From Schmidtea polychroa (lineage: Eukaryota), in NCBI GenBank assembly GCA_044892525.1, contig CM097885.1, positions 52,702,001 to 52,766,000 of the forward strand: a stretch of 64,000 nucleotides of DNA, written 5' to 3'. Positions 11,121-25,325 of the stretch are shown one piece after another. The notes beneath the pieces are model-generated. The model was given only the letters and a program-made list of their open reading frames with translations, made no database searches and was not told the DNA's origin. Position 1 is the first letter of the stretch, and each line of letters starts with the position of its first letter. A program made the translations under genes and the position numbers.

Positions 11121-14100
11121 TTATTGGATCAAATTTTTACAACTAGCTGAATTCGTCAACGCCAATTCCAATTGGTCATATTCATCAAATTCTTGCAAAC
11201 TCTTAACAATTTCATCAAAATATCCCTGATTAAGAATATTTTGAATATTGGAAAAGTTTTTATGAATTCTATGCTCAGTAATTCGATCTTGGGTGTAATT
11301 ATAAGTTCGAATTTTATCTGACCTAGATCTAGTTCCAATAGTGATCTTTCGATGAGAATTCAATTTATTCATTTTATCTTCATAATTTCTTTCATATAAT
11401 CTGGAAATAAACTTTCAAATAGCAAGAAGCACTTGAAAAATTACAAATTTTTCAACTGCTGCATTGCAATTTTCTTATTATACTGTTGTAATTTTTCTTT
11501 TTGGCACGAAACTACTATTTTAGTTGGAATATGAACTAACCTGACAGCACTATCTGTTGTGTTAACGTGCTGACCACCTGGTCCACTAGATCTGAATGAT
11601 TCGAATTTTATATCGGATTCTTTTATTTCGATAACATCCTATCAGGTAGAAGGGAAATTTTGAAAAAATATAAACAATAAAAATAAACAATTTTCGATCA
11701 ATAGTGAAAATCAATAATTTCAATAATTTAAACAATAATGTTAGAATCATCATTGAAAATAAAAAATAATACGACTGGTAACAGTGCCAAGATAATTATT
11801 GATTTTCATAATATGAACCGAAAATTTTAAAATTTCATTTATTTCCATTACGACTATAGATCAAATTCTTTTTCCTATGCTACAAAAACCTTCGGACACT
11901 ATCCTTATCTAGGATTATACCCAGTGGTGAGCTGTGAAAAAAAACAACAAAGGGCTCGCAAAAAAAAATTTAGGTGTTTTTTGTCCAGAAAAAAATGCTT
12001 TTTTCCGAATTTGCATTTTTAGTAAAATGTGAAAGCGACCATAAAATTTTTTTTTGATATACAAATGCGGTAAAATTGTTTTAAAAATGCTTACTACCAA
12101 AACAATAGAAATTTTAATTTGAAGTGAAGCGCAAAATCACAGTTGAAAGAACAACAAGGGGCTCGCAAAATTTTTAAAAATTTTACAAGGGGCTCTGCCG
12201 AGCCCCCGCGGGACATGCATAGCTCACCACTGATTATATCACCTAATAACACTTCAAAAGGTAGTGTGAAAATTTTATGTGTTAAACTGAGAACATTGAT
12301 TTATAACCAAATGTTGGGGTTGAGTTCGTTGAAGCAATAGCCATAATAAAACAGCATTATTGAAATGGCTAATAACAATATATTGTACACTCCGTATAAA
12401 AGGGTTAAAATATTTATTAAGATTAAAAATGTTTTGAATAAGTGTTTAAAAAGAAAATTTATTTTTTATTAAGAAAAAAATCAAATTTAAGGTGGTAATA
12501 AAATATAAAAAATAAAATATAAAAATATTTACTAATAATTAATTATTTAGTTTATTTGTTTGAATGGACAATTTAAAATCTATATCGATTTTTTCTTTTC
12601 TATTTGATAATGACAGTAAACCTGTCGAAATATATCTTAAAAGTAATGTTTTTTAATATTTAAACCAATAACATGTTTATAATATTATTTATTCATTTAT
12701 TTATTTATTATTATAAATCAATTAAATGTTTCATTATTAACCTTTAGGTAGTCGAATACTTTTATTTTTAATAACTTCTCGCCCGGTCTATTTTGTACAC
12801 CATCCATATTCACCACTAATTTCCTTTCAATTGACATTGAATTTATTAAAAAACATCGGTATCTTTACTGATTCATAATCAATATTTTAATAAATACAAT
12901 ATATAGTGATGATTTCTTGGTAGCAGCATTAATTAAATTTAAAACAATTAAATGATAATTTACGCATTTTGCTGCGAATAATAATATATTGAAAACAAAT
13001 GAAAAAATTTTCAACTATAAGATAGCCCTTATCAATTTCCTGGATTGGTTCCCGATAGATTTCTCCGTACATAGTTCTAATTAAATTTGTTAAAATATAT
13101 TCTCAAATATATTCTTTTTTGAGAATCTGAGGTAAGAGCATGTTGTCAATTGTTGTAGGATAAATCTTTGTTTCCTTACAAGGGCGAAGAAAATTTATTT
13201 GGCAGTATAATTTCGCAATTTCCTCGTTGATTCCAGCTAAATTCAGTATTTCCAAGTATTTTACCAGCATCAGGCCTTTTAAAAGTATAAAATGATGATT
13301 TCTTGGTATCAGCATTAATTAAATTTTAGACAATTAAATGATAATTCAAGCCTTTTGCTGCGAATAATATATTTAATTCAAATGAAAAAATTTCGGTTAT
13401 ATAATAAAAAATATAATGAAAAAAAGAGAACAAAAAATATTCTAAATAGATAATAATTTGATGTGAGTATAATTATTATTTTATATATAATATTCTCATT
13501 TAAACCCAAAAGTAAGAAATGTAAATATAAAGATTATATTCTAAACATATATTCTATAAAAATAAAGAAAGTTAAAATATGTCTATTCACTTATTGCGCA
13601 CTCGTTACAAACTATATTTTTTTCGAATGTTTCTTATATACAATTACAATTATTACATATTATAGTAGTTTATTAAAAAGAGAGTTTGAAGACTAAATCA
13701 GGAATATATCGATGTTTGTTGATACTCACGAATTTTCGGCACTGCCTTTTTCAAGTGAACTTGATCATTATTACTTTTAATAATTATTGTTTGTGAAAAA
13801 TAAATTTATTATAAAATACGAAATAAATTTATTTTTCAACATCAATTATTAAATGTAATAATGATCAAATTCACTTGAAAAAGGCAGTGCCGAAAATTCG
13901 TAAGTATCATCAAACATCGATATATTACTGATTTATAGTCTTCAAACTCTCTTTTTAATAAATTCAATGGAAAAAATAATCAGTGGTAAAATTGGAAGAA
14001 AAAAAGTTCTTATAATATTATAGTAGTGGCTATATTTATTTTCTTTCGTATGTAAAGAATCTTGCTGGAATGGAGTTTCATCAAAGACAATCCCTGATTT

Positions 14101-17100
14101 TTCAAAAATATTCGTCTTCTTTTTTCCGCTGTTATAATATTTGCTTCATTATATAAAATCTGGCTGTTTACTAAAGGCTATCTTATAGTTTTCTAATTTA
14201 CAAAGTATGCATTGCACATGCACGTATTTATCGAGAGTGATGTATAAAATAAGTTTTATGGTATATCTGAATAAAATAATTTTTAGAAAATGCTTTTCTT
14301 TATTTCTCATTTTTTAAATATATTTCACGTAAGATAGACAAACTCTAATTTCGGTTATGAAATTTTATACATTTTGTGTGTATAGTGCATTCAAAAGTAA
14401 TCGTAAATTTTCAGTTATATTATCAGTTGTTTCATATAGAAATTAGCAATGAGAAAAATCCATTTCCTGATGATCTTATTTTCTGAAAATGATGAAGTCG
14501 AAATTTTATTTTTCAGGTTTGAAAGTGATTTTTTTAGAAAATGAAAATTTGAAATAATTCCGCCATTTGAAAATAAAAAATGGGAAAAAAATCAAATTAA
14601 TAAATGTTTATTTGGATTTTAGATTATATTCAATAACAAACCAAATTATCAATAAAGTTTTTTAATTTATTTTACATTTCAAATTTTCGATAAAATTAAT
14701 TAATTTTATTGACAAATTTTTTTATCAATTTATGAAATCTAATTTATTGATATTTAATTTTTATTCTATCTAATCTATTAACAACAAAAGACTAAAAATA
14801 TTGTATACAGCCAAGTATTGAAATAAATTTGTAATAACAAGATGAATAAAATTAACTATAATGAGTTTGAATCTATTCCAGTTGAAGCTAAGTATTAAAA
14901 CTAGTATTTAATGTAATATCACTTTAATGGATTTGTTTTGTTAAATCACTAAAAAGTTTATTTGCAAATAAAAGGTCTTACATCCAATATAACAGGTAGT
15001 ACGATAACTGCCACTGTACTCGTATGTATTTTCCCATGAGAGCTGGTAATTGGTACTCTCTGTACCCTATGGACACCGGATTCGTATTTTAAACAGTTGT
15101 ATACTTGGTCACCACTGAAATTGACTTTGCACGATCGTATTCCACCTATATACATAAAATTTATTTAATAAACCAAATTTTTGATTCTTTATCCTGTTGA
15201 ATTAGTTCTGTATGGAGTTTGTATAGAAATATAGTGGTTACTAACTAAATAGTTACTTAATAAAATGCATAAATTGTAATGATGTTGAAAGAGACTAATA
15301 AAAAATGTTCGAGTAAAAAGTACAATGAAATTAATTAGAAATTGTAAATCTATAAATTACTGATAATAATGTTTAAATCGTCTAAGTTTATGTTACTAAA
15401 TAGAAAAATCAAACTCCAAAAATTTATTTAATGAAAACTTGTGAAAATCTAATAATGCTCTTTTTGTTGTTATTATTTAATCAAAATTCCCTTAGACATT
15501 TTTTATAAATAATTCAAATTGCAATTTTGTATAAATTTAATATCAAATTAAAATTTCGAATTTGTTATAATTTTAATATTTCATCCAAAAAGTTTCAAAC
15601 TTCTTTAAAACGATGTCTAAAATTTCATTTACCATTCTCAACTTGAAAAATGTTTTTAAACATTTTTTTAATTATTTCTCACGCTATCTATGATTCCTAG
15701 TTCTTGTTTCATATATGGATTTTCTCAAAATTCAATAAATCGTTATTTATTGGATATTTAAATTCTCATTTTACCGTTACAAATACATTGAAGTAAGAAA
15801 AAGTTTATAAGAATTATGTTTCTTTAAATCAATTGCGAATTAATTTTTATCTTAGTCTATTTCTCATAATTTTCATTTTTCAATTATTAAATATCGATAT
15901 TAAATAGTTAATTAATATTTTTTTATCTTCATTTCGTTTTAAATTATCGATCAATATTTTGTAATATTTAATACAATGGATTTTTTAAAAAATACCAAAA
16001 AGACGAATTTATTTTTAAAAAATACATAAAATTATTTCTAAAATTAAAATCAAAATTATGAAATTTAAAAAATACCTAAAAAAATTAATATCGAAAAATA
16101 AATTTAAAAAATTAATATTTAAGAAAATTTAGATCAAAAAATTAAAAATAAAGAAAATATAATTAAATTTATAAGTATTGTTGTCAAAAAAAACTAGTGA
16201 ATCTCTAATACATAATATTAATATAAAAGTACAAAAAAATCGGATGAATCGATAAGACCGAGAGGTACAAAATGCTGTAATTGCAATTAAAATTGGTAAT
16301 CATCGAACCTGTCCAAGTCAGATAAACAATTAAATTAATATTTAATTCTTCATTTATTTTTTTTATTTTGATGTGTTTATATTTTCTTTATTTATTTTTT
16401 ATCTCAATTTATTATCCTTTTTAAATTTTTCTTATATATTAATTTTTTATGTTTTTTATAAATTTTAAATTTAATTTAGGTATTTTTTCAAAAAGCCTTT
16501 ATACAAATATAATTATTGATTAATTATCTGAAAAGAAATTGATAAATATCAATGGTTAAAAAGATAAAATGTTTATTGATAATTAATTGCAATAATCAAT
16601 AAAAAATAATTAAATATTAAATATTAATTTTTTAATATTTTTTTTAAATTTATTTTTAGTTATTAATTTTTAGGTATTTTATAAATTTTAAATTTATTTT
16701 AGGTATTTTTTCAAAAGGCCTGTATACAAATATAATTATTGATTAATTATCAGAAAAGAAATTGAAAAATATCAATGATTAAAAAGATAAAATATTTATT
16801 GATAATTAATTACAATAATCAATAAAAAATAATTAAATATTTAAACAATTATTTTTTATAAATTATAATAAATTTTGAAATTACCCATTTCAGTGCAGTA
16901 GTTAATATTAACTTCTTCAAAAATCCAATTTTTAGCAGTTGCAAATTTCTTATATGCATTCAACAAATCTTCGACAAACAACATTGATTCCTGGCCTCCA
17001 GCACCGGGTAATATTTCCATTGATACTTCGGAAACATCATCCAAATCGTAGCGTGGAATAACCATAGAAATGAGCTAGATTTGGAATTAAATATGACGGT

Positions 17101-18234
17101 TGGGAACTATTATACTTTGCTGTATAAGGCATCACGCCGATCTGATAATTGATTACTTTCCAAGCGCATTAGGTCAGCCATTTCTGGTTCTGTATCAGAA
17201 TCTAGAAAATAAGCAATAAATAAGAGATTAAATTCATTTTAGAGCAATTTATTGCAAGCCATCATTTGTGATGACAAAGGATTATAAAATTATAAAAAGG
17301 ATTTTATATATATTCAATTATCGATTATGTGTGAAAGAGAATAGGTCAATATTGAGAATAGTGATTGTGAAATTTTGATCTTGAATAATGATTGAAATAG
17401 GTCAATTTGCGATAGAGAGAGATTTGGAAGAATATCCACAGTCAAATGTTTGATGTACTATCAGTACCTACACTGAAACCTTTTATAGCGTAATTTTCTA
17501 TAAATCAATAAAAATGTCAAAATTCTGTTCATCCAAAAAAATAGGTATGAAGAACGCAAATCGTCATAAGTTGGAATATATATATAATAATAATAATATA
17601 TAATGTAATAATATATAATGTAATATACAATGTAATTTGGAATAAAGATATTGTTAAAAGAAGTATGGCAGTATAGGAACATAACCATTACCTAGCAACC
17701 AATACCTGGCAACCAATACCTGGCAACCAATACCCTTGGTAGGGAGTCAAATTATTTTGCCGGGTTAACTACTAGTATATATAATAAAACGAAAAAATGT
17801 AACACTATTGAAAATGTAGAAGCATTATTTTTTGTGTCCCGTATACTATAGTTACTCCTTATTAATAAATGGAAATTAATTACTCGCCTAATAATGCGTT
17901 ATTCAAATATTGTTCATCGACGTTTACCAATTCAATGTCATTAAATATATCTGCCATGGGAGCCAAGCGTCCATATTGTTCCAATAAATCTCTTATTTGA
18001 TACAAATTACAATATCAATAAAATAAATACTAACCTGTTTTTTAGATTTTGTGATTGAATCAGACTATTTATTCGATCAAATTCTTTTAACTTTTCATTT
18101 TGAAAATTTAATAATGCGTCCTTTAAATAATTAGGCATATTGCTATATGATATAATTGTGAAAGATTTATAATCGAATAAACGCAATTTATTGAATATTA
18201 ACATTCTTTTAAGGAATTTATTAACAATATTCAT
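11121..18234 (-). CDS. MTRF1L: Mitochondrial peptide chain release factor 1-like (RF1 family, ~405 aa), 7 exons
   Basis: Exons 18234-18035, 17991-17888, 17201-17116, 17074-16885, 15145-14982, 11638-11445, 11400-11121 join in frame (1218 nt). Motifs: [27 protein letters not shown] (PxT), [23 protein letters not shown] (GGQ), [19 protein letters not shown]. Basic N-terminus resembles a transit peptide. Confidence 0.92.
11922..12232. mobile_element. hAT-type MITE in release-factor intron 5
   Basis: TIR CAGTGGTGAGCTRTG; 8-bp flanks ATTATACC / ATTATATC. Confidence 0.8.
13669..13999. repeat. Foldback element (~140-bp arms); single arms recur at ~38317-38445 and ~50721-50845
   Basis: TTTATTAAAAAGAGAGTTTGAAGACT...CACTGCCTTTTTCAAGTGAA is mirrored at 13868-13962. 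Confidence 0.8.
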
Positions 18235-19151
18235 TTTTGTCAACTAAAATTTAATATAAATTTTAAAAAAATAGGATAGAAATGTTAATTTTAATGTGTC
18301 AGTTAGTTTTAAATATAGCATTAACATTTATGTATATTATGCAATTGCTAATTAAACAAATATAATTAAATGACACTAAAAGATTATTTTACTGGAATAA
18401 TTTTAAGAAAATGTGTCACTTCTTCATATCCATGAATATTCTTTAATTCTTTAAAATAAATTCAATTTATTTATTCTAAATCTAGTTATATTTTGAAATT
18501 ATCTGTATACTGACTGATGCTTAATAAACAGAAGTCCATTATTAAAATTCTAACTTGTAAAAACAGATAGTATTACTTTTAATATTAATTTTAATTTATA
18601 ATTAAAACAATTTAAATATCTCACAGTAGAAAATTAATATTAAAACAAAGGATTATGTACTAAATTAAAGTTCAATAAATATTTTATTAATTTCATTTAT
18701 CTTTATTTATACTTTAATTATAGATAAATGTTTTTCAATTGAAAAGTGTGTAAAAATCAAAGCATTTTTTATTTTAAAAATTCATGCTGGTTTTGAACTG
18801 TACAAAATTATTTAACTCAAAGTAGTATGTGTTACTATAACATTGTTAATGTACCGCAAAGGTTAGCTTTTTTTATAAATTGCAAAGTATTGAAGGTACT
18901 GTTGGAAGATTTATATAGTCTCATATGCAGTGAACAAATAAAGTTATCCTAGGCTAAATTCTTTGAAATAATAAAGCACTGGCTATAAGTAGCGACCTTC
19001 AAAAATCAAAATAATTGGTGTTACTAAAGCATTAAATTAAAGTTGGTGAATAAAATATCTTCGTAAGAGTAAACATACCAAATATGATATTAAAGCGGCT
19101 GTGAAATTTTGACATCCTGTACATGAATAAGTCAGGATTAGTTGATTTAGA

Positions 19152-19850
19152 CAAGTGCTTCTCAACGTATTTGCTTAGAGTGATCTTTAATTATTTTTGT
19201 GATTTATAAGTACCTCAAACAAATTTTAATAATGTATTTATAAATAGAACAATAATTTTGACAGCCTTATAATAAGTTTTTATTTATTTCAAATAATTAA
19301 TATACATAAAATTAAAAGTAATGACTGATTTGAACTATTTTGACTGCCACTAAAATGTCTACTCTAGCTTAATGTTGCTGCAACTTAAAATTATGTCGTC
19401 TACAGGACACAATTTTTTCAATTTTTGGTTCTATATTCAGTTAACACAGAAAACTATCTTCATACAAATATATTATACTGGAAATACCAAAGATCTGTAA
19501 CAGAAGTAATTCTTAAGCGATGATAATAGTAATACTATCTCTCTTATTCTAATTTAGATGGCTAAAAATGCTGCCTTGTCTCATTTCAATTGCTATGAAA
19601 TTCTTTGCAGATTTAAGAAATTAGGGCGCTTCAGAAATCCAGCCAACTATGAGTACTAACTTAGGATTATTTTGAACTTGCGTAGAAACTAAATCCAAGT
19701 TGTGGTCTCGAAGACTATCCTGAATGAGTCAGTCAAACAATTATCTTAAACTCAAACCTTATTCAGGCTTGCAATCAGATCCATCCATTTCCTCGATATT
19801 TCTATCAAAACTTTGGGTAGTCATCTAGTTGATCATCAAGTGGACAGTGA
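19152..19850 (-). mobile_element. Degraded Charlie/Buster-like hAT remnant
   Basis: Terminus CAAGTGCTTCTCAA resembles Charlie TIRs; broken dimerisation-domain-like peptides on the minus strand. Confidence 0.35.
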
Positions 19851-21047
19851 ATAAAAAACAATAAAAGCAAAAATATAACGATGTAACTTGATATCTTTAT
19901 TTAATAAAAATATCGCGTACTCACTGTGATTTTCTTTCAACAAAAGAGTATAAAATTACTAACTTAATATTTTAAAAGTTATTGATTGAAAATTTTCCGT
20001 TTTAACTATCAGTATCTCTACTTTTGCACTTGTGTATTTCAAGTTTAATCCACCACGCTTTTCTGATATGGATAACTAATTACTTTCTTTTCATTCGTTA
20101 TTTAATTTTCATTTGCCCTTTTTTATTTTTCGTTAATTTTTTTCCTTTATTTAATAATTTCATATTGTTATTTTATTTTAAACGAATAATATGAATTGAA
20201 TAACCACATGCAGAGCATGTAGCCGGTACCCAACCATTTATATTGAAATTAATTTTGCGAAATAAATCAGCAAATAATTACTTTAATTATTACATCATAA
20301 TTTTAAAATTTAATTAATTAAACAGTTTCATTATTATAATTTATACTGTCAATTTTTCTGTCAAGTTCTGTCAATTTTTTAAAATATCTAATTGAAAAGT
20401 CGCAAAATGAATTTCATATTTTTATTATGACAAAAGCTTTTCTGTCAATCGGACTCACAAATGATAAATGTGCCGTGGACTGAACCAATAATTTGAATAT
20501 TATTTATTACAACTGGAAGAGAGGACTGTCAAATGACAATATCCATAAAGAAATAAACGGCATCCTGGGTGAAGGTACAGTTTGCCTCAGAACATGCTCC
20601 AACTGGGTAGCCAAATTCAAGAGTTGGAACTTTGTCGATGAAGATGCACGCAGTGGACAATCGTCATACGATCTGGAGAGGAGATTCAAGTTGTTTTTAA
20701 TGAAGATTCGTTAATGCAAATTGTTGAGAGCATTGAGATCGTTAGAAGACGATTAATTCAAATGGGAAAGCAATACCCGTGAAACGTATCGATTCTATAT
20801 GCGGTAACAACTGAAGCAAAGATGAGAAGAGTTACAGCATGTGAACTCCTACTTCAACAATGCCACCGGTAAAACTTACTAAATCGCCTCATTACCGCTA
20901 ATGAAAGCTGGGTTTATTGGCAGAAAAGTGGACACCAAAGTCAAAAGTCTTGGCGATGGGCTGGAGATCGACCCGTGATTGTATCGAAAATAATCATCAC
21001 CAACAAGAAATTCAAGCTGAGTCTATTCTGCTACCTGATGAGGCTAT

Positions 21048-22869
21048 TGTTGAATATACCTAAATGATAAATAACATAATAAATAAATAAATTACCTGGG
21101 GGAATATCGTCATGACAAACGGGACGATCTATGGGAACTCAGAAAAGAAAACGGAAGAAAAAAAATGAGAAAGATAAATCAAATAAAAGAAAACAAACGT
21201 GAAATTTAAACAAAGGTTATTGTTAATTAAAAAGTACAAATGAAGGTGGAATTTCGAATTCCAGAAAACAAAATATGGGACAAAGCCGTATCTTGATACA
21301 CCAAACACCACTGAGATACATTCTCTATAGTGGTGGTTGGCGTGTAAAGCAATTCACTCACTGTATTTACCGATTGGCTATATTTACCAATTAATCATCA
21401 TCAATTTGAATATGAATTTGATGTTTTTTGGAAATTTATTTTAGCCATTTTAGAAATGGCTTTCAGGTAAGATATTTAATTTTAAGTAAAGTTTAAGTCT
21501 TGAATTTTGATCCATATAGATATGAGATCATTATTCAAGTTCTTAAATATTACTTTTAATCAACAATATAATTATAAATTATTTTTAATTAATTTTCAGG
21601 CTTTTTAGGAATTTTATGTCTTTTACTAAAGTATTTTGGAATTATTTCGAAAAAATGTGAGTCCAATATATTTTTAATTATAATTAATTAAATAAATAAA
21701 TCAATCAATGTATTTTTTTAAAACATTTTGGGAAAAATCGCTGATTAGAATAATTTTTTTAATTTTTGTAATTTTTTTTCTGAGCTCAATATGAGGGGAT
21801 TCTTAAAGGAAATCAAATCTGGAGTAAAAAGATTTTGAACCAAATTCATCTGCTCTTGATATTTTCATTAAAAATATAATTTAAAAAATTTTCAACGATC
21901 TTTTTTTTCTAAAAATTGTCTAAAATAGAATTATTATAGAAACGTATCTCATCGTTACAATTTTACGAATCAAAAGTTTGTATGTATTTTTTATTATGTG
22001 TTGTGCTTGTGTGCATTTTTTAATTTTCCTTCCACTTTTCAGATTTCTATAATATAAGATGTATCTCATTGAGCTATAAATGAGAACATCAACGTGAAAT
22101 CAAAGTAAGTATGTATGTTTCTATAATGTAAGATTATTGATTTTTTTGTTATATTATAGGAAATGCATCTCAGTGGTGTTTGGTGTAGCACAACATGAAA
22201 AGGGAAAAACAGGGCACATATTGATATCTGTCAGAGATAAGCCTGACGTAGCGGGGAACACAGAGGAAAATAAAAATGGAAAACAGAATCTGTCGCTAGT
22301 GAAACAAATGAAATGGAAAAATGAAGTGGAACAGTTGACCGAGAAATGAGAAAATTAGAGACAGAAATTGGAGACTAATTTAGGAGACGAAATAGAAAAG
22401 AAAATTTAGACGATAAGTTAGACAGAGTTGGACGAAACGTTATTGGAAAAACCATTTGTGGAGAATAATTATAAAGAAAATAATTGTAAAGAAAATTTGT
22501 TAGAGAAGATTTGAAGAAAAGAATTAGTTGAAAAATTAAACGAAAAGAAGTTACTTGAGTATTTGAATAAATTCGTGAAGAAGGTCAAAGAAAACAACCA
22601 GCTCAAAGTCCCAGTTGATAAACCAACCAGTAATTTGTTATCTTTTAATCCGGTGTTATACACAAGTGCTATTATTCCTCACTGAGTGTTGTAATAAGCA
22701 TTGTATAGTCACCAAGCAGAGTGTTGAATTGATTGTCAGTGTTAAGTGAAAGTTTATTTGTGATTATCAATAAAGATATCTGTTGTCAAGTGTTATTTGT
22801 TATCAGTCAAAGACACGATTGGAGTCAGAGCAAGAATTTTAATTTTATCACAAACCCAATAACCCAACA
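21048..22869 (+). mobile_element. Solo LTR with 4-bp TSD
   Basis: TGTTG...CCCAACA ends, CTAT duplicated on both sides. About 930 bp after removing the nested MITE; homologous to 58900-59896. Confidence 0.85.
21299..22185. mobile_element. TA-target MITE nested in the solo LTR; related inverted copy at ~38010-38665
   Basis: TIR CACCAAACACCACTGAGATRCATT with TA flanks. Confidence 0.85.
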
Positions 22870-24626
22870 CTATTACTGACAAATATTACTGCGACCTACT
22901 AGAAAAACTGAATGCAGCTGTTTTTTAAAAACAGGAACAGAATGTTTGATGGTAATCTCAATCTCTAGCATGACAAGGGAAGATCAAACAGTTTAGTCTG
23001 AACGTTCTCGAACATCCATCATACTCGCTAGACTTGCCCCCTGATTTTTACTTCTTCGGACCAATAAAATATGACGTCTCTTCTGGTGGTGTGGCACGCG
23101 ACATCCAACAATAGGCAGATTTGAAGCTGCAGTCATTCTTTGAGGATGGCAACGATGCATTAATCTCAATGACGAATATTTTGAAAACTTGTGAGGTTGA
23201 TTATTAGACAACTTATTGTTGTTCATTTGTTGTTGAAATTTCGGCAGCAACCTTTGAGCCAAACCTGTATTTGAAAATGCAAAATAATTGTTTCTTTTTA
23301 CGAAACTCAGTTTTAATTCATATTATTGGGATATTAGTAAAGTTTTGACAGGAATTTTCTCAGAATATGACTTCTCATGGTCAGTATCAAAGAAAACCAA
23401 ACAAAATAGAATCTATTGATCACAAGAAAGCAATAACTTTTGATTATACTTTGGATAGAGTTTAATAATTCTATTCTGAAATCAATCGACAATTCGATGT
23501 TGGTTTAGTTCTTGTTTAAAAGCCCATTGTTCTTCTAACAAAAAGTAGCAAATTTCCTTGCATATCGTTCATATTTTGCCATCATCATAGTTGACTATTT
23601 ATTAATTTCAATTTGTAATATTTAATATGAATAGTAGCTTATTGTGTTGAGGTTTTTGCTGGTAAAATAACTGTAGAACTCAACCGAGTCTCCGGTAAAA
23701 TTGTGTTGGGACGGTTGGGGTGTATTTTGAGTTGCTAAAAATATTTATTATTATATTAAAATTTACTAGGTAATAAAAATTTTAGAATCTTTAAAAACTT
23801 TTTTTCAAACCAAAAGTATAGTTACCACTTGTAATTAAAGTTTTCAAAACTTTGTGTTCCTTAAAATTTCCTTTTATAATCATATTTATATATTCCATGT
23901 GGAATCAATAATTCGATATTAATTTTTTATCTCTACAATACTAAGTCTATCACTGGTTCTATGACAAAATGTTATGTGGACAAAATATACATACTCAGAG
24001 TTCATCCGACAAAATATTTTGTCCACCTATGGGTATTGGTCGCAAAGGTACTGATCACACTCAACATGTCGCAATGGTATATTATCAACAACATTTATAC
24101 CATGACATATTGTCCGGCCACCCTATCACTACTTACTAGTATTAAATAAAAATTAGTATACACGCAAATGGGGTGATCGAAAATTGCACCAAGCGTAACA
24201 AAACAACTCGACATAATAAAGTAACATTTTACCAAGGTTTTCTTTGGAGTAAAAATCTCATTGCAGTCAGATTTCACTGTCAACAAATATTTTATCATTT
24301 AGCAATAAAATTCGGCAGTTTATATTATAGATTTGTGTAAACCTAACAATATCTACCAATTCCTATTATTCAGCTCACTAGTCATTTAACGTCTAATAGT
24401 ATCAAGACTAATTTGAATAACTTTATTGAGTTTTTATTTTCCAAAACATTAACAACAACTGTAAAAGTTTCTAACATTAATTGTAAAGCTAAATTTTAAA
24501 CTTAGAAAGTTAACATTTGATACAATTTTAGAGAACAATATATTATCAAAAATACAATCATATAATCATAATGCATAACATTATTAAACCTTAAAACCAA
24601 TAATTCTATTGACACAACATAAATAA

Positions 24627-25325
24627 TTATTCAGGTAAAACTGGCACATTCTTTTGCGTTTTAAAATTGTATTCAACATGACCTTGATTCTTTGGATTTT
24701 CAGGTGATTTCTCGAATTCCTTCGATAACACTTGTTTCAATTGACCAAATCTTAATCCAGGATTTTCTTGTTTCAATTCTGGCATGCGTTTTTCTTCATA
24801 TGCCAAGTAGGCCGCTTTAACTCTTTTTTCCATATGCCTGTCGGGTTTATCTTCAACAGTTAAAATTTTTAGTGCTTCATCAACATTTCGTGCCTCATCA
24901 CCATCAAAAACTAACCGATTGAGATTTTCTGAAATAGGCTCTTCAACTTCCTTCTTCTTAATACCTGCGGCTTCATTCACTTTTTTCTTCACTTCTTCCA
25001 ATTGATAATGTGTAACTTTTGGTATGGGCTCTTTTTTAGGTTTAATTTCCTCCATTTCTTTATCGTGGAGCTCTTGAAGTTCTTTTTTCTTTTCTAAATG
25101 TTGTATTTTTTTTGCTTCTTTTTCTTCCTGAAAAATAATGTACAACATAAAAGTAGAAAAATATTTTACTTTTCGTTGGTTTTTTTTATTTACATGCTTA
25201 TCATCATCTTTCCAATATTCATCATCAATTTGTTTCTGCATTGCATCTCTTTCAGTTTTTTTCTTTTCTTCCTTCCTGGCTTTTGCTTCAACGGCTTTAC
25301 TATTGGTAGACAATTTTTTAGGCAT
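24627..25325 (-). CDS. CCDC124: Coiled-coil domain-containing protein 124 (Lso2/Oxs1 family), 2 exons, ~218 aa
   Basis: MPKKLSTNSKAVEAKARK start; DRHMEKRVKAAYLAYEEKRMPELKQENPGLR...KSPENP C-terminus. Exons 25325-25170 and 25127-24627, with a 42-nt GT-AG intron at 25128-25169. Confidence 0.93.
   Translation of the reverse strand: MPKKLSTNSKAVEAKARKEEKKKTERDAMQKQIDDEYWKDDDKHVNKKNQRKVKYFSTFMLYIIFQEEKEAKKIQHLEKKKELQELHDKEMEEIKPKKEPIPKVTHYQLEEVKKKVNEAAGIKKKEVEEPISENLNRLVFDGDEARNVDEALKILTVEDKPDRHMEKRVKAAYLAYEEKRMPELKQENPGLRFGQLKQVLSKEFEKSPENPKNQGHVEYNFKTQKNVPVLPE

Larger units (their letters stand above)
20490..22930 (+). mobile_element. Decayed mariner transposase interrupted by a solo LTR
   Basis: HTH region (IHKEINGILGEGTVCLRTCSNWVAKFK...DEDARSG) and LITANESWV. 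LLPDEAI|TDKYYCDLLEKL rejoins when 21048-22869 plus one TSD copy is removed. Confidence 0.8.

Noticed and set aside
17690..17800. Possible Helitron end (GCCGGGT...CTAGT) with a 14-bp triple repeat
   Set aside because: No clear subterminal hairpin or matching 5' end; insufficient support.
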